Positions 9,870-21,889 of a DNA stretch of 64,000 nucleotides are shown here, piece by piece. Both the position numbers and the translations under genes were made by a program. Under the pieces are notes generated by a model. That model saw only the letters and a list, made by a program, of their open reading frames with translations. It had not been told where the DNA came from and made no database searches. How positions within the stretch are numbered: the first letter of the stretch is position 1; each line of letters opens with the position of its first letter. The DNA comes from Candidatus Latescibacterota bacterium (GTDB lineage Bacteria; Latescibacterota; UBA2968; SICM01), in NCBI GenBank assembly GCA_965217865.1, contig CBDCJO010000002.1, positions 2,464,001 to 2,528,000 on the forward strand. The letters are read 5' to 3'.

Positions 9870-10832
9870 AGGAAACCACCCTGGTGCGCCAGCAGGGGTA
9901 CGACTGGCCACACTTGGCCTGGATCGCAATTCCGGTCTGGATTGCGTCACGCGGTCTGGGGCGCCAGGTGGCCAACTCGCTGGAATGGGGTCAACACCAC
10001 ATCATGACCTATCCCCTGCGTCCCGTGGACTTCTGGCATCTTCTGGGTATGGCCGATGTAACGTTTCAGGATATATTTTCCGTCGATGCCGCTAGCATGG
10101 AGTCGGAGCACTCAGGCATGGCCTTCAGTCTTTCCACCGCCCATTTGGATGAAAGGAAAGGATTTATCGATTTCTCCGATCTGGATCGCTATGTAGGTCG
10201 TCTCAGCCGAGGGCCAGTCAACGAAGAGGCACTCCTGGAAGATGCCAACTTTCCGGAGAAAGAGAAACTAGCCCGCTATGTGGCCAAAGGTTTCATCAAA
10301 CGGACCGAGGAGAACACCTTCCATCTCGATGTACCGACGGTGACCGCCGAGGATGATAAGAAGCTCGCGTTAGTCGTGGATGAAATCTGCTCCGAATTGG
10401 CTCCAGGTATCCTCGATCAAGCGCTGTCGGGCTTTGCGCGAGAGGTCGAGGATGTCGGGTTTGAGCACCTTCTGGCACAGCCATATTACCTGGGGTTCGT
10501 GGGGTTCCATTTAGCTACGACTGAGCTGGTACGAGGTTGCCTTGAAGAGCACCTTCTCTCCAAGCCCAATGAACCTGATGCGAACTTCGGTTACTGGACA
10601 TGGTACCGCGCCCCTAACTTGATGAAATCGTGGAGCAAAGGGAGATCATAAATTCGGACCTCGATTAGCACCGAAGCCAAAATTGGCTTCCTGGTCATCC
10701 AAATACACATTCACAACTAATCAATTTCAGTATCGCTCAAAAGATTCTTAACTATTACATGAGTCTACATAATTATAGGATGGAAAGTCTCACTAAAGCT
10801 TATTCCCAAGTTTCTTACCTAAAGCAATGGAG

Positions 10833-12257
10833 GGTCAAGTCTTAAGCGTCCTGCAAAATGCAAGCCTTCAACTGGAGGTCCAGTGAGGTTCACGCAACGG
10901 CTACCATTTCAGCCGGTGGTGCGATCTGTCGTTCCTCATAGAGCAGCTGGAGCTGGAGCAGTTCGGTGGCCGTGATGTTGATATTCTGCCACCTGGCAGC
11001 GGCACGGATGAGAACAGCATAGACGAGCTTCAGGCAACTCTTTTCGGAGAAGAATCGCGGCAATGTTTTGGTTCGGCGGCGTTCCTCGACAAAGCTGCGT
11101 TCGATCAGGTTGGTAGTGCGGGCGAACTTCCGGAGTCGCCAGGGAAGCTGGAGGTGTGCGAGGAGAGCTTCGAGGTCCTCCGTGAGACACTTGCACAGAC
11201 CGGGGAACTCCTTGCTGAACTTCTCCAGAAACTCTCGCACCGCACTTTGGCCGGCCTGAAGATCCGGGGCGTCACGAATCATCACCAGATACGGCTTGAT
11301 CTCATGCCAGCGCGCATCGGGCACCTTGGCTGCAAAGTTGCGCATCCGATGCACCCAGCAGCGTCCGCGCAGACTCTTCGGCCACATCTGGTCGATGGTC
11401 TGGATAAGCCCATCGGCTCCGTCGGTCGTGACGAACAGGGGTGCCGGTAAACCACGCCGGTCGAGATCCCGGACGAACTCGAGCCATGCCTCGCCGCTTT
11501 CTTTGCTGCCCAGACCCAGGGAGATCAGAACTTTCCGGCCGTCCAGTGTGATGCCCCAGGCGCACAGCACGGCCTCCCGGGTGATGCCGTGGGTACGAAG
11601 CGGCTCGTACAGGCCGTCCAGGAACAGGAACAGGAGAGGAAAGTCGCTGAGATCGCGTTCCTGGAAGGCCTGGTATTGTTCCCAAAGGACTTCGGTGACT
11701 TCGCTGACCTTGCTGCGGCTAAGCAGGCAACGCCCCTGCTCATCAGTGAAGGCGTCCTCGATGTCCCGGGTAGACAGTCCACGCGCGTACATCTCGGTTG
11801 CCAGGCGCTGCACCATCCCTGAGTCGCCGCGCAGAAGATCGTAAAGGCTGCACCGGTAGGGCTCCTCTGGATCCCTGACCTGAGGAATCGCGACCTCGAG
11901 GCGGCCTTCGGCAGTATCCAGATAGCCCGGCTCATAGCCGCTACGGTAGCCTCGACGACCTTCACCGCGTTTATACCGATCGACACCCAGGTGGTCCCGC
12001 TGATGCGCCTCAAAACCCTCCTGGCAGATCAGCCGGGTGGACAACTGAACTAGCTGAGTCAACGCCTCCTGGGCGCTCTCGACATCCTGGAGTCCTTCGA
12101 TGAACTCCTTCAATTCCTTGCGTAATCTATCACTCGGAGCTATCTTCTTCATACGGCGTGACTCCTTCCTTTTGCCCACTCGGGGCGTCGAGGTTTTTGG
12201 GGACCTCTGGAAGATAGCTCACGCCGCTTCTTTTTGCAGGAAATCTAAGACATTACC
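10833..12257 (-). mobile_element. Complete IS256-family element
   Basis: 26-bp imperfect TIRs (GGTCAAGTCTTAAGCGTCCTGCAAAA / GGTAATGTCTTAGATTTCCTGCAAAA); 9-bp TSD GCAATGGAG at 10824 and 12258. Confidence 0.95.
10890..12152 (-). CDS. IS256 (Mutator-type) transposase
   Basis: MYARGLSTRDI, FLDG, TDGADGL, RCWVHRMRN, RTTNLIER motifs. Confidence 0.95.
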   Translation of the reverse strand: MKKIAPSDRLRKELKEFIEGLQDVESAQEALTQLVQLSTRLICQEGFEAHQRDHLGVDRYKRGEGRRGYRSGYEPGYLDTAEGRLEVAIPQVRDPEEPYRCSLYDLLRGDSGMVQRLATEMYARGLSTRDIEDAFTDEQGRCLLSRSKVSEVTEVLWEQYQAFQERDLSDFPLLFLFLDGLYEPLRTHGITREAVLCAWGITLDGRKVLISLGLGSKESGEAWLEFVRDLDRRGLPAPLFVTTDGADGLIQTIDQMWPKSLRGRCWVHRMRNFAAKVPDARWHEIKPYLVMIRDAPDLQAGQSAVREFLEKFSKEFPGLCKCLTEDLEALLAHLQLPWRLRKFARTTNLIERSFVEERRRTKTLPRFFSEKSCLKLVYAVLIRAAARWQNINITATELLQLQLLYEERQIAPPAEMVAVA

Positions 12258-12333
12258 GCAATGGAGCCTCATTTGTCAGATTGGTATGTCAATCGGGCAT
12301 GTAATGGAGAGTGTATAAACATCAGAAAGGCAC

Positions 12334-13371
12334 TTGATGAGATACTTCGTCAAAGGAATCAGAAGACATCCTATAAGAGAGGAAAGTAGACCAAATTACA
12401 GGTTTAGGTACTGCATATATCCAGCGATGAGCATTCTTAGATTTTATAGCCATATTTTTGATGATGTCCGGACATATGATCTAATGAGGGCCGGATGGTC
12501 TTCTTGGTATGTACCAAGAAAAGTCAGTATATCGGTGTCATTTCTTAGCCAATGCTACCTCAACATTGAAGTGCTATTTGGTGCAACTGTAAAAAGCCAT
12601 CTATGTCCGGGCCCGGATGAACTCCGCGAGCTCATGTATGATCGAGTGTGCAATAACCGGCCCCTATTCTTATTCATTAAGGGTGATCCAAAGAAAATGG
12701 GGGACGAGATCAGAGTGACAAGTGGCACACAGCATATCACATTTGCGGGTATCGGGATTGACAGTGTCCAAGACAGCGTGCTGTTGGTTAATAATTTCCG
12801 CCAACTTGGAAAGGGATGGTGTCCGATAGAAGATATTGGACACCGGATTCTGTCTAATCTTGTGGATGAAATTTATGTTTCGTCGGATTGCACAATGCCT
12901 TCAGTTGACGTTCTTTCTAACCATCTACTGATTCAAGTTATAAGCAACTTTGATGATAATCCTGTACAATACGGTGAGGTTCCGGTCAGGGACGTACCGG
13001 AGACTGAGATGATATGTGGTTTTAAAGGCATCCATGCATTTGCTGAACATCCCAGCTTTCACAGAGAAAGTATGTCAGTTGAGGAAACCGCTGCTCAAGG
13101 AATTACCGTTGGGCTTCTTATGAACCGTCAGGAAAGGAGTCTATTCATTTCAATCTTTGAGGATTTTATATCTTCCACATATGATCCTCACACTTTTAGG
13201 AACATAATGGCGTACTGGAACGAGCTTTCGCAGTCATGGTTGATCGCAGCGAAATTGAGTAAAAGGCTCGAAATGACGGAGAATGGGAATGTGATTTCCA
13301 AATTTCGGGATATTCTACATAGCATAGGGGAAAAGGAAAAAAAATACTCCTCTTACTTCGAGACTATTTAG
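12334..13371 (+). CDS. AT-rich hypothetical protein, possibly BtrH-like (papain-like N-terminus plus helical C-terminus)
   Basis: 345-aa ORF; QHITFAGIGID and CGFKGIHAFAE...ERSLF...ELSQSW pattern is reminiscent of BtrH_N/DUF4872 proteins. Confidence 0.45.
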   Translation: MMRYFVKGIRRHPIREESRPNYRFRYCIYPAMSILRFYSHIFDDVRTYDLMRAGWSSWYVPRKVSISVSFLSQCYLNIEVLFGATVKSHLCPGPDELRELMYDRVCNNRPLFLFIKGDPKKMGDEIRVTSGTQHITFAGIGIDSVQDSVLLVNNFRQLGKGWCPIEDIGHRILSNLVDEIYVSSDCTMPSVDVLSNHLLIQVISNFDDNPVQYGEVPVRDVPETEMICGFKGIHAFAEHPSFHRESMSVEETAAQGITVGLLMNRQERSLFISIFEDFISSTYDPHTFRNIMAYWNELSQSWLIAAKLSKRLEMTENGNVISKFRDILHSIGEKEKKYSSYFETI

Positions 13372-13877
13372 ATGGTGTGCTTAAACATTCTAACTGAAAT
13401 TAGGAGGAAGTTGTCGAATAAGTATAGTAAGCATCTACGGAACCTGATGTGAGGTATTGGTTGGCTGCGGCGATGGGTTTTTTTCCCATGTTCCGATAGC
13501 CCTATAGGGGTGGACTTTTGCAGTCGTAGGTCTTAATCCATGAGGTCCCTCTGTAGGGCTTCAGCAGACTGGGAGTAAGTTGTTCGGAAAGCCTGGCGTA
13601 GGATCTGCGCCCTATTTTTTTGGCGGTATTTGTCCGAGTGTGGAGTGCCTTCGGTTCAAAAGTGAATTTTCCCGAGCTTCTGGGGGGGCGAATATGATAT
13701 TCCCACCTACATTGAATATTGGTTAGAGAGGATCCCGACTGAGAAAAACATTGCTTGGTGGTTATGGAGAGGCTGGAGTGGGTGGCGTGTCGTTGGACCA
13801 AAAGGACAGGGACTCAACAACATGTGGATGTTGCGAATTCTAGTGCTTGGTTGGGCTTTGATACGAGGCGAAAAAAG

Positions 13878-16800
13878 GTGATCAGGAATTATCTGACAAT
13901 TGCCACTCGCAATTTGGTGAAAAGTAAAGTTTACTCCATCATCAATGTCGCAGGTCTCGCTGCTGGAATGGCGTGCTGTATCCTTACTCTGCTCTACGTT
14001 AGAGATGAGATGAGTTATGACGAGCACCATATTCACGCCAACAGGATTTTCCGGCTTGTCGAGGAGGTGCACGTAGCCGGGAAAACACGTCGGATTGCAA
14101 TCACGTCTTTTCCGATGGGGCCTGCGCTTGTTAAAGACTATCCGGAGGTGATTGATGCAGTTAGGTTTTTCAGAAATGATATGAAGACGGTTGTGAGGGC
14201 TCAAAATGTTCATTTCTACGAAGACGGCGTGTGGTTCGTCGATGAAAATGTCTTCAGAATATTCCACTTCCCCCTAACAGCCTGTTGAAAAAGTGCGTTT
14301 ATGCCAAGATGACTGTTGTCTTTCCTTGTGGTTTGGTCCTATGATATATCAGGTTCAAACTGAGAAGGGAGGACGAGCAAATGGCAATGGGAAAACGAGG
14401 ACGACAGAGACAGGAAAACCTGTTCATCGCATCGAACACTTTGGTGAAATCTCCGGGTCATCCGTTCTACGAGAAGCTGAATCAGGTATTGGGGGCGAAC
14501 GGCTTCGACGAGTTCGTCGAGGGGCTTTGCCAGCGGTATTACGCTCCTCATATGGGTCGCAAGGGCATTCCGCCCGGGGTTTATTTTCGGATGCTTTTGA
14601 TTGGGTATTTCGAGGGACTTGATTCGGAACGTGGGATCGAATGGCGTGTATCTGACTCGCTGACGTTGCGCCGGTTTTTGGGGTATGCCCTTGACGAACA
14701 GACCCCGGATCATTCCAGCCTGTCTCGCATCCGGCATCGGCTTCCCTTGGAAGTTCACGAAGCGGTTTTCAAGTGGATCCTGAGGGTCTTGTGCAAAGCG
14801 GGTCTGGTGAAGGGGAAGACGTTGGGCGTGGATGCTACGACACTGGAGGCCAACGCCGCGATGCGCAGCATTGTACGCCGTGACACGGGTGAAGGCTACC
14901 AGGCATTCCTTGAGAATCTGGCCAAGGCCTCGGGCATTGAAACGCCTACCCGCGAGGACTTGTCCAAGATCGATAAGAAGCGACCGAAGAAGGGATCGAA
15001 CCAGGACTGGGAGCACCCGCACGACCCGGATGCCAAGATCGCTAAGATGAAGGACGGTCGCACGCACATGGCGCACAAGGTGGAGCACGCGGTGGATCTG
15101 GACACCAATGCCATTGTGGCAGTGGCGTTGTCGGGAGCAGATGAAGGAGATACCGAGTCGTTGCCCTGGACGCTGCTCGAGGCGCAGCTCAATCTCAAGC
15201 AGGTCGCGAAGGACGAAAAAGCTGCCAAACGTTTGCACAGACAGCGTATACGGGAGGTGGTTGCGGACAAAGGATATCATAGCAACGATGTATTGACCAG
15301 TCTGAAGCAAGGCGGCATCCGGAGTTACATTTCAGAACCGGATCGGGGACGCCGCAAGTGGAACGGCCGACGAGATGAGCAGGCCGCGGTATATGCGAAT
15401 CGACGCCGGATCAAGGGAGATCGCGGCAAGGCCTTGCGCCGAAGTCGTGCAGAACGGGTGGAAAGAACCATCGCTCACACATATGATACCGGTGGCATGC
15501 GCAGGTTGCACTTGAGAGACCGCGGCAATATCCTCAAGCGTTTGCTGATCCACATCGGGGGCTGCAACCTGGCTCTGCTCATGCGCAAAGTGATGGGCGT
15601 AGGTACTCCGAAGGCCCTCCAGGACCTGGCCAAGGCCTTGCAGCGTCTACTGCTCGTCCTACAATCACGTTTGCTGCCCTCGGTCACCTTTTTAACCTCT
15701 TATCAGCGTCTCCTGCTCAATCTCCTTACCTTGATTTATCTGACCCGCACTCCAGGCGTCTTTTCCGTTTATGTGCGTTGAAAGGTAGTTCTTCAACGGG
15801 CTGCTAAACAAAGGAGACATAGAAACGGCGCTTGAGGAACCTCATTCAGTTGTCGTTACAGAAGAGATCGCTCAAAAATACTTTAGTGAAAGAGAACCTA
15901 TCGGACAGGTTCTCTCAATCGGTGGAAACGAATTCAAGGTTACGGGTGTTTTGAAGGATGTTGATCACAATACCCATTTTCAATTCGATTTTCTCGCATC
16001 ACAAATGAAGAGAAAGGATTGGATAGACCACCATTATTATACCTACTTGCTCTTGAGAACGGAAGATTCAGCCAAGGAACTAGAATTAAAATTGCCTGAA
16101 TTCATTGACAGGCACTTGGGCGATAAGATCAAGGTAGCAGGCATTAGATTTAGACCTTTCCTACAGCCCTTGACCGACATTCATTTGCGTTCCCAGTTGG
16201 AGTTTGAGATGAGCGCGAATGGAGACATCCGGTATGTCTATCTATTCCTAGTTATCACTGCTTTTGTTCTATTGCTCGGCTGCGTCAACTTTATAAACCT
16301 CTCGATTGCTAATTCGGTACGTCGAGCAAAAGAGGTAGGTATCCGGAAAGCAATGGGCGCGGGCCGCTTTCAATTGATTTGTCAGTTTTTGGGTGAATCT
16401 ACTTTAGTGGTTTTGTTTGCGCTGGTCTTCGCTGTTATTCTAGTCGAGGTAATGCTTCCCGCGGTTAATGCGTATATCCATCGTGAGTTGTTAGCCTCTG
16501 ATTACTTAAGGAACTGGGATTTGATGTTGATTCTGATCGGCATCGTTGTGTTTGTAGGAGTCTTCTCCGGAAGTTATCCCGCATTTCTTCTTTCGGCCTT
16601 TCAACCGGTGGATGTGCTAAAAGGCCGGCTGGTGGACGGATTGGAGAAACTAAGTCTCGGGAAGTCGCTTGTTGTTCTTCAATCTGGTATTTCTGTTGTT
16701 CTAATAATTGTTACGGTAGTAGTTCATAGCCAATCAGATTACCTACGAAACAAACGGCTTGGGTTCGATAAAGAGCATGTAATAGTGATCCCCGTTTCTG

Positions 16801-17696
16801 GTAAGGAGGTGGCAGAGGGATATCAATCGAGATTATCTGAGTATGCAAATGTATTGAGTATTTCAGTGTCTTCTTCGGTGCCGGGGCGAGAAATATCTAG
16901 TTATCTCTTCCAGCCGCATCCTGATGGGAGGCAAAATGGGACTTTGCTGATGAACGTCATCCATGCTGATCACAAATTCATCGAAACATTTGGCCTTGAG
17001 CTCTTAGAGGGACAGTTCTTTTCAAAGAGTCTATCGAGTGATAGCAAGGCGGAACTTATCCTCAATGAGTCCGCTATGCGAAAATTGGGATGGGTCTCGT
17101 TTGCTGGCAAAGAGCTCCAAAGTGTTTATCCAGAGGATGGTGGTCTGAAGATTGAAGTTGTAGGGGATGTTGTTGGTCTTGTCAGGGATTTTCATTATCG
17201 GTCCCTTCATCATGAAATTGAGCCTCTAGTGATTATGGCTGGTGGTGGTTGGACCGACTATTGTTCAATTCGGATTGCCCCTAGTGATGTTTTTGGTACA
17301 CTGGCGTATCTGAAAGAGCGGTGGCAGGAATTTGCCCCGAACGTGCCGTTTGAATATTCCTTTTTAAATGATGTTTTTGATAAACTCCATCGGGCTGAAT
17401 ACCGCCTGGGCAAAATGTTCGGCCTTTTTACTCTTTTTGCCATTTTTGAGGCAAGTTTGGGTTTGTTTGGTCTAGTATCCTTCACGACGAACCAGCGAAT
17501 CAAAGAAATTGGCATCCGTAAGGTTCTGGGAGCGACGGTTTGTCGCATTGTTCTACAGTTGTCTAAGGAATTCGCATTGCTTGTCGGCTTTGCCAATCTC
17601 GTGGCTTGGCCTGTTGCTTATCTTGGAATCGACATTTGGCTCCATACGTGGAAGGCGGCACAGACGAGACCGGTAAATGTGTTGCGGTATGAGTGA
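13878..17696 (+). pseudogene. MacB/FtsX-type ABC permease interrupted by IS copy 2; C-terminus internally deleted
   Basis: IRNYLTIATRNL...YSIINVAGLAAG; RAKEVGIRK; LGFDKE; KEIGIRKVLGA. Frame is restored across the CTAA TSD (FPL-NKGDIETAL). Confidence 0.9.
14278..15803 (+). mobile_element. IS1182/IS5-type element, copy 2 (transposase 14381-15781)
   Basis: Same TIRs as copy 1; CTAA duplicated at 14274-14277 and 15804-15807. Confidence 0.95.
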
Positions 17697-17744
17697 TCCG
17701 GGTCTGATCAAAAATGGTTTAAAATGCTACCTCATGAGGGAGCG

Positions 17745-18105
17745 GAACATGTCAACAATTTTGAGACACTGAAAGTTGGAATTCAGTGAAATTTCCGGCC
17801 GTCTCCATAAGAGGTGTCATCGGCAACCGTGGATCCCCGTGCAGGTATCGGGACCGGGTTCGATTTGGTATCACCTGGCGTAATAACGATTGGATCCTGC
17901 TGGGACTTATCCGAGATCCGGGGTGGATTGATCCAGACCTCGGAAGGCAGGTCGGTTGGCTGCGGGGGACCCTGCACAAAACGGTCGGGGTGGGCGATAT
18001 AGGCACGCCACAGGGTCTGTTCACGGGCGTCAAGGATTTCCTTGGCGTAGCCATAGTGCACAGATTCCGGGGTCAGCAAGCCCAGGCCTGAGTGGCGATG
18101 CTCCT
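17745..18105 (-). mobile_element. IS3-family 3' remnant (distinct element)
   Basis: EHRHSGLGLLTPESVHYG...HPDRFVQGPP...VWINPP; end TGTCTCAAAATTGTTGACA. Confidence 0.75.
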
Positions 18106-18179
18106 GTAATGCGTTGCTCTATGAGTGAACGTGTGGATCTGAGATTACATAAAGCGGGATGAATTTTCCGTCCCAAGAA

Positions 18180-19245
18180 ATGAGAACAATGGATCGCAAA
18201 TTAGAAAAGATAAAAAGCCAAAATGGCAGCCTCAACCGGGCGACTGAACTACTCGACCAAGCGGCAGGCGCGGCGCCTTCCGACATCTCGATCAAGCACA
18301 GTAAAGCAGAGCTCATGCTGCGGCTCGCGGACATCGCTAGGATGCCTTTAGAGAGGGAGCAACGCCTTCGGGAAGCCATGCGAATTGCAAGTTCCCTACG
18401 CGACGATCACCGAGGCCGGATCAGCGGGTCGTATACCTTTCACACGATCGTGAAGGTCGGTCTTAAAAGACTCGAAGACCTTTTGGACGACACAGCACCG
18501 ACGGTGTCCGAGGAAGCGGTGAGTTCGGCAATCAGATCGGTTGAAGGCAGCCTATTCGACGGTCTGCAGCGGTTTCCCGATGATTCCTACCTACTAACCT
18601 CTGAGGCGCAGCTCGCGACGCTGCTTAAAGACTCGGCGCGGGCCACTTCCGCGATACGCTCAGCCTTCGAGGCTAATCCTCGAAACGGTGTAATTGCGGT
18701 ATGTCTCGCCAAGATCTTGGAGGCCGCAGGTGATCATTCCGGGGCACGAAGCACCCTTCAGACTAGCCTCGACAACAACCCTGGGTGACAAGAGGCTCCA
18801 CTACGCCCTCGCTAAATTTCTGATGCGCCATGATCTGCAAGCCGCCGATCAGATCGAGTATCACCTCCAGCGATCGTTCACGAGCGGCGATGCGAACTAC
18901 GATGCCCAACTCTTGTACGCACGTCAGATCTATGTAAAGGGCGACGTCAACGGAGCGAAGGAGCGCTTCAGAACACTAGGGACAGCCAAGGTCGGTCCCG
19001 ACATTCGCAATCGGATGCGATATCCGTTAGACGGTTGGTTCAGTGGGCAGGTAGTACGGTTGGAAGCCACATATTGTTTCGTGACCCGCGACGGTATTGG
19101 GGATTGGGTATTCGCGCATCGATCTGAGGTAGACACGGCTCTATGGACAACACTGAGGATGGGCTCTCGCATCAGATTTCACATCACGTTTACGATGAAG
19201 GGGCCGGCGGCGGCGGACCTGGCGCCGGAAACCGTCGACACCTAA
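18180..19245 (+). pseudogene. C-terminal TPR plus cold-shock/OB-fold region of a large protein; frameshift near 18785
   Basis: Helical TPR-like repeats, then FSGQVVRLEATYCFVTRDGIGDWVFAHRS...FTMKGPAA (CSD-like). Confidence 0.65.
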
Positions 19246-19449
19246 ACCTGGCGGACCGTGTGGAGGGTCGAATTGAGAATCTTATCCAAGCCAAAGCATT
19301 CTTCCTCTCATGGAGGAGTATGGAATTGCGACCTCTGAAGAGGTGGATGTGAAGACGTTGCCGGAGCGGCTTCGGAAAGAAGTCGTTGCGGCGAAATCTC
19401 CGGTTTTATTGCCGATGAATATAACCGCCTGGACACGGCTACCGCCTAG

Positions 19450-19706
19450 TACCTATTGACATTTAAAACGAGCGTGCCGAATGTTTGTTATCTCCCCGAT
19501 CCGTTCGCTGTGGGAGGAGGATCGGCATACCCAACAGGAAGTACATCGTCCGTCCAAGTTGCGATGAGCGGAAGCACTTGCAGGATCTGGTAAGCAAAGG
19601 CCGGACACAGGCCTACCGGATCCGACACGCACACATTCTGATGAAGGCCGACGCGGATAGCCCTTGCTGGAGCGACGAAGCCATCGCCCAAGCGTTTTCG
19701 TGCCAC
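19450..19706 (+). mobile_element. IS630 5' remnant
   Basis: Left end plus RKYIVR...YRIRHAHILMKADAD, near-identical to 57595-57786. Confidence 0.85.
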
Positions 19707-19814
19707 ATAGAACTGCCATCTTGGGTTGATAAGACATGCTCTTCCTGAGGCTGTACCCAGAACCGCATATGGCGTTCTAAATCCTGGGTGTCAACTTTAC
19801 GCTGAGCAGTTCCG

Positions 19815-19960
19815 TGGCCCGTGCGGCCTTCCGCTACCGCGCGGGCGGCGCAGGGTTTTCCGACCTGATGATCCTGGCCGCTGCCGAACGATCGGAAGCC
19901 CACCCCCTGTACACCTTCGATCAGAAGGTGGCACGGCTTGAGGGTGTGACGCTGCTGTAG
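19815..19960 (+). pseudogene. VapC/PIN toxin C-terminal fragment
   Basis: AGFSDLMILAAAERSEAHPLYTFDQKVARLEGVTLL*. Confidence 0.65.
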
Positions 19961-20006
19961 GAACCGGCGTGTTGGGCAGAGGGAGCAGCACCAAGGGATA
20001 CGGGCG

Positions 20007-20159
20007 GTAGTCCACCTCAAGCAGTTCCTGGATCTCGTAAGCCCAGTCTACGGCGGTCCTGCGTTCCCGGACGTGGACCTTCCGACGTCCGGTCAGGGGC
20101 TCGAGGAACAAGAAATTCGCAGCTGTGCCGTTACGCTCATACTCATAGTCGTAACGTCG
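20007..20159 (-). mobile_element. IS630 internal remnant
   Basis: RYDYEYERNGTAANFLFLEPLTG...LLEVDY, matching 58247-58397. Confidence 0.85.
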
Positions 20160-20281
20160 TATCTTTTGTCTGAGATCGCCCGAAAAAACGGGGGCAAGGT
20201 CGAAGCAAGATCCTGGTTGCCTGTAGGGTTGAGAAGGGATACATATTTTGGGATATCCCTGACCTCACAGGAGGAGTAAAG

Positions 20282-20617
20282 ATGGAGCAACTGTCCTCAA
20301 ACAGTGACCCGGTCAAGAAGCGCAGGAGCTTGTCCCCGGAACAGAAGTATGAGATTTTCCTTGAAGCCAGCCGGGGAGATGTTCCCATTGCACAGGTGCT
20401 GCGGAAATGGGGCATTCATTCCTCGGATCTAAAGCGTATTCGTGAGTCGGTCAAGTCCGGGGCCCTCAAGGAGTTCAAGGGTCGCCGGAGCCGCAAGCCG
20501 ATGGTATCGGCTGAGGAGGTGGAGCAGCTGCGCAAAGAGCGGGCACGCCTGGAGCAAACGATCATTGAGCAATCTGTGGAACTTTCCCTGCTAAAAAAAA
20601 GTGTGAATGGGATCTGA
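20282..20617 (+). CDS. IS3 OrfA (HTH)
   Basis: SPEQKYEIFLEA...IAQVLRKWGI...EQLRKERARLE. Confidence 0.9.
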   Translation: MEQLSSNSDPVKKRRSLSPEQKYEIFLEASRGDVPIAQVLRKWGIHSSDLKRIRESVKSGALKEFKGRRSRKPMVSAEEVEQLRKERARLEQTIIEQSVELSLLKKSVNGI

Positions 20618-20640
20618 CAGGCCCGATCAAGGGCCACCGG

Positions 20641-21672
20641 GTGCAAGCTGAGGTCAAACGCGAGATCCTCTTAATGGTCCATCGGGCCAAGGAGAAAGGG
20701 GTGAAACTCACCCGTTCTTGCGAGATCCTACAGCTTCCCCTCCAGCGGTATTGTGCCTGGAGCCGGCGAGATCGAGAAGAGAAGCTGGATGGGGTGTCGG
20801 ACCCGCTTTTGGATGGGAAGCCCGGGCCCGCCCCTGATGAGGCCCCACACGGATTGCTGAGGGAGGAGAAAGAGCAAATCTCGGCCCTCTTAAGGGATGA
20901 GACCTATGCCGATCTGCCTCCCCATCAGCTGGCGGTGGTAGCCTCAGAGAAGGGGGTAGTGCAGGCCTCGGCCTCCAGCTTCTACCGACAGGCCAGGAAA
21001 GAACGTCTGGCACGCAGGAAACAGGTGAGGACGCCGGTCAAGCAGAGCAAGCCCCAGGTCAAACCTGAAGGTCCTAATCAGGTCTGGAGCTGGGACCTGA
21101 CCTACATCCCATTTTTCGGTTTGTTCCTGTATTTTACCGCCATTCTCGACGTGTATTCCAGGAAGATCGTAGGATGGAAGCTCTCCTTCAACGCGACCGT
21201 GGAGCAGGTCAAACAGGCCTGGGATCAAGCCCTTGCCAACGAAGGACTGCTGGACCTGGACACTGGGCCCATAAGCTTGACAGCCCTCTCAGATCACGGA
21301 TCTCAGATGAAGGCCAAATCGATGGCCCAATTCTTCAAGGACCTGGGCATCTCGCAGCTGTTTGCCCGATATCAAACACCCACGGACAACGCCTGGATCG
21401 AAGCCTTTTTCCGGACATTCAAATACGACTGGCTGCGCTTCCAGGACATCTTCACATTCCATCAACTGGAAGGCCTGATTGATTCCTTCATTCACAGCTA
21501 CAACGCCGAACGCTATCACGGGGCAATACAGTATGTCACGCCTCTTCAGAGGCATAAAGGCCAGCATCAAAAGATTCTTCACCACCGACAAGGTCGAAAG
21601 GAGGAGGCTCGGCAGCGCCGCATAGAAATCAATCGGCAAAGAACATCCCAGACCATCCACAAGGCTGCCTGA
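20641..21672 (+). CDS. IS3 OrfB (rve integrase core)
   Basis: PNQVWSWDLTY, ILDVYSRKIVGW, SDHGSQ, DNAWIEAFFRTFK. Confidence 0.93.
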   Translation: MQAEVKREILLMVHRAKEKGVKLTRSCEILQLPLQRYCAWSRRDREEKLDGVSDPLLDGKPGPAPDEAPHGLLREEKEQISALLRDETYADLPPHQLAVVASEKGVVQASASSFYRQARKERLARRKQVRTPVKQSKPQVKPEGPNQVWSWDLTYIPFFGLFLYFTAILDVYSRKIVGWKLSFNATVEQVKQAWDQALANEGLLDLDTGPISLTALSDHGSQMKAKSMAQFFKDLGISQLFARYQTPTDNAWIEAFFRTFKYDWLRFQDIFTFHQLEGLIDSFIHSYNAERYHGAIQYVTPLQRHKGQHQKILHHRQGRKEEARQRRIEINRQRTSQTIHKAA

Positions 21673-21724
21673 ATCTTGCTTGGACCTTTATCTGCTTTTC
21701 TCTTGTTATCTCAGAATAGATACA

Positions 21725-21846
21725 AAAGCTTGGCTCACAGAGCGGGATCAGAATCCACCCATCGTCAACTGGCGCTTCAACACCAAAGATGCACGCATCA
21801 AGCTGAAGCGCCTCTATCCCGCACTCCTACCTGGGTGAACCACTAG
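21725..21846 (+). mobile_element. IS630 (second type) 3' end
   Basis: VNWRFNTKDARIKLKRLYP; matches 4360-4470. Confidence 0.75.
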
Positions 21847-21889
21847 CTACATGTCAATACATAAGGTCTATAAGGGTTCGCATATTTAC

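Larger units (their letters stand above)
7360..10651 (+). pseudogene. ECF sigma factor with ~390-aa C-terminal extension, interrupted by IS at 8339-9865
   Basis: Regions 2 and 4 in the 5' part. Removing the IS and one CTAG restores the frame RSTL-EETTLVRQQGYDW (~586 aa). Confidence 0.85.
20160..21724 (+). mobile_element. IS3-family element, copy 1 (1565 bp)
   Basis: 17-bp imperfect TIRs TATCTTTTGTCTGAGAT / TGTATCTATTCTGAGAT; orfA and orfB in -1 frame with A8G slippery site at ~20593. Confidence 0.93.
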
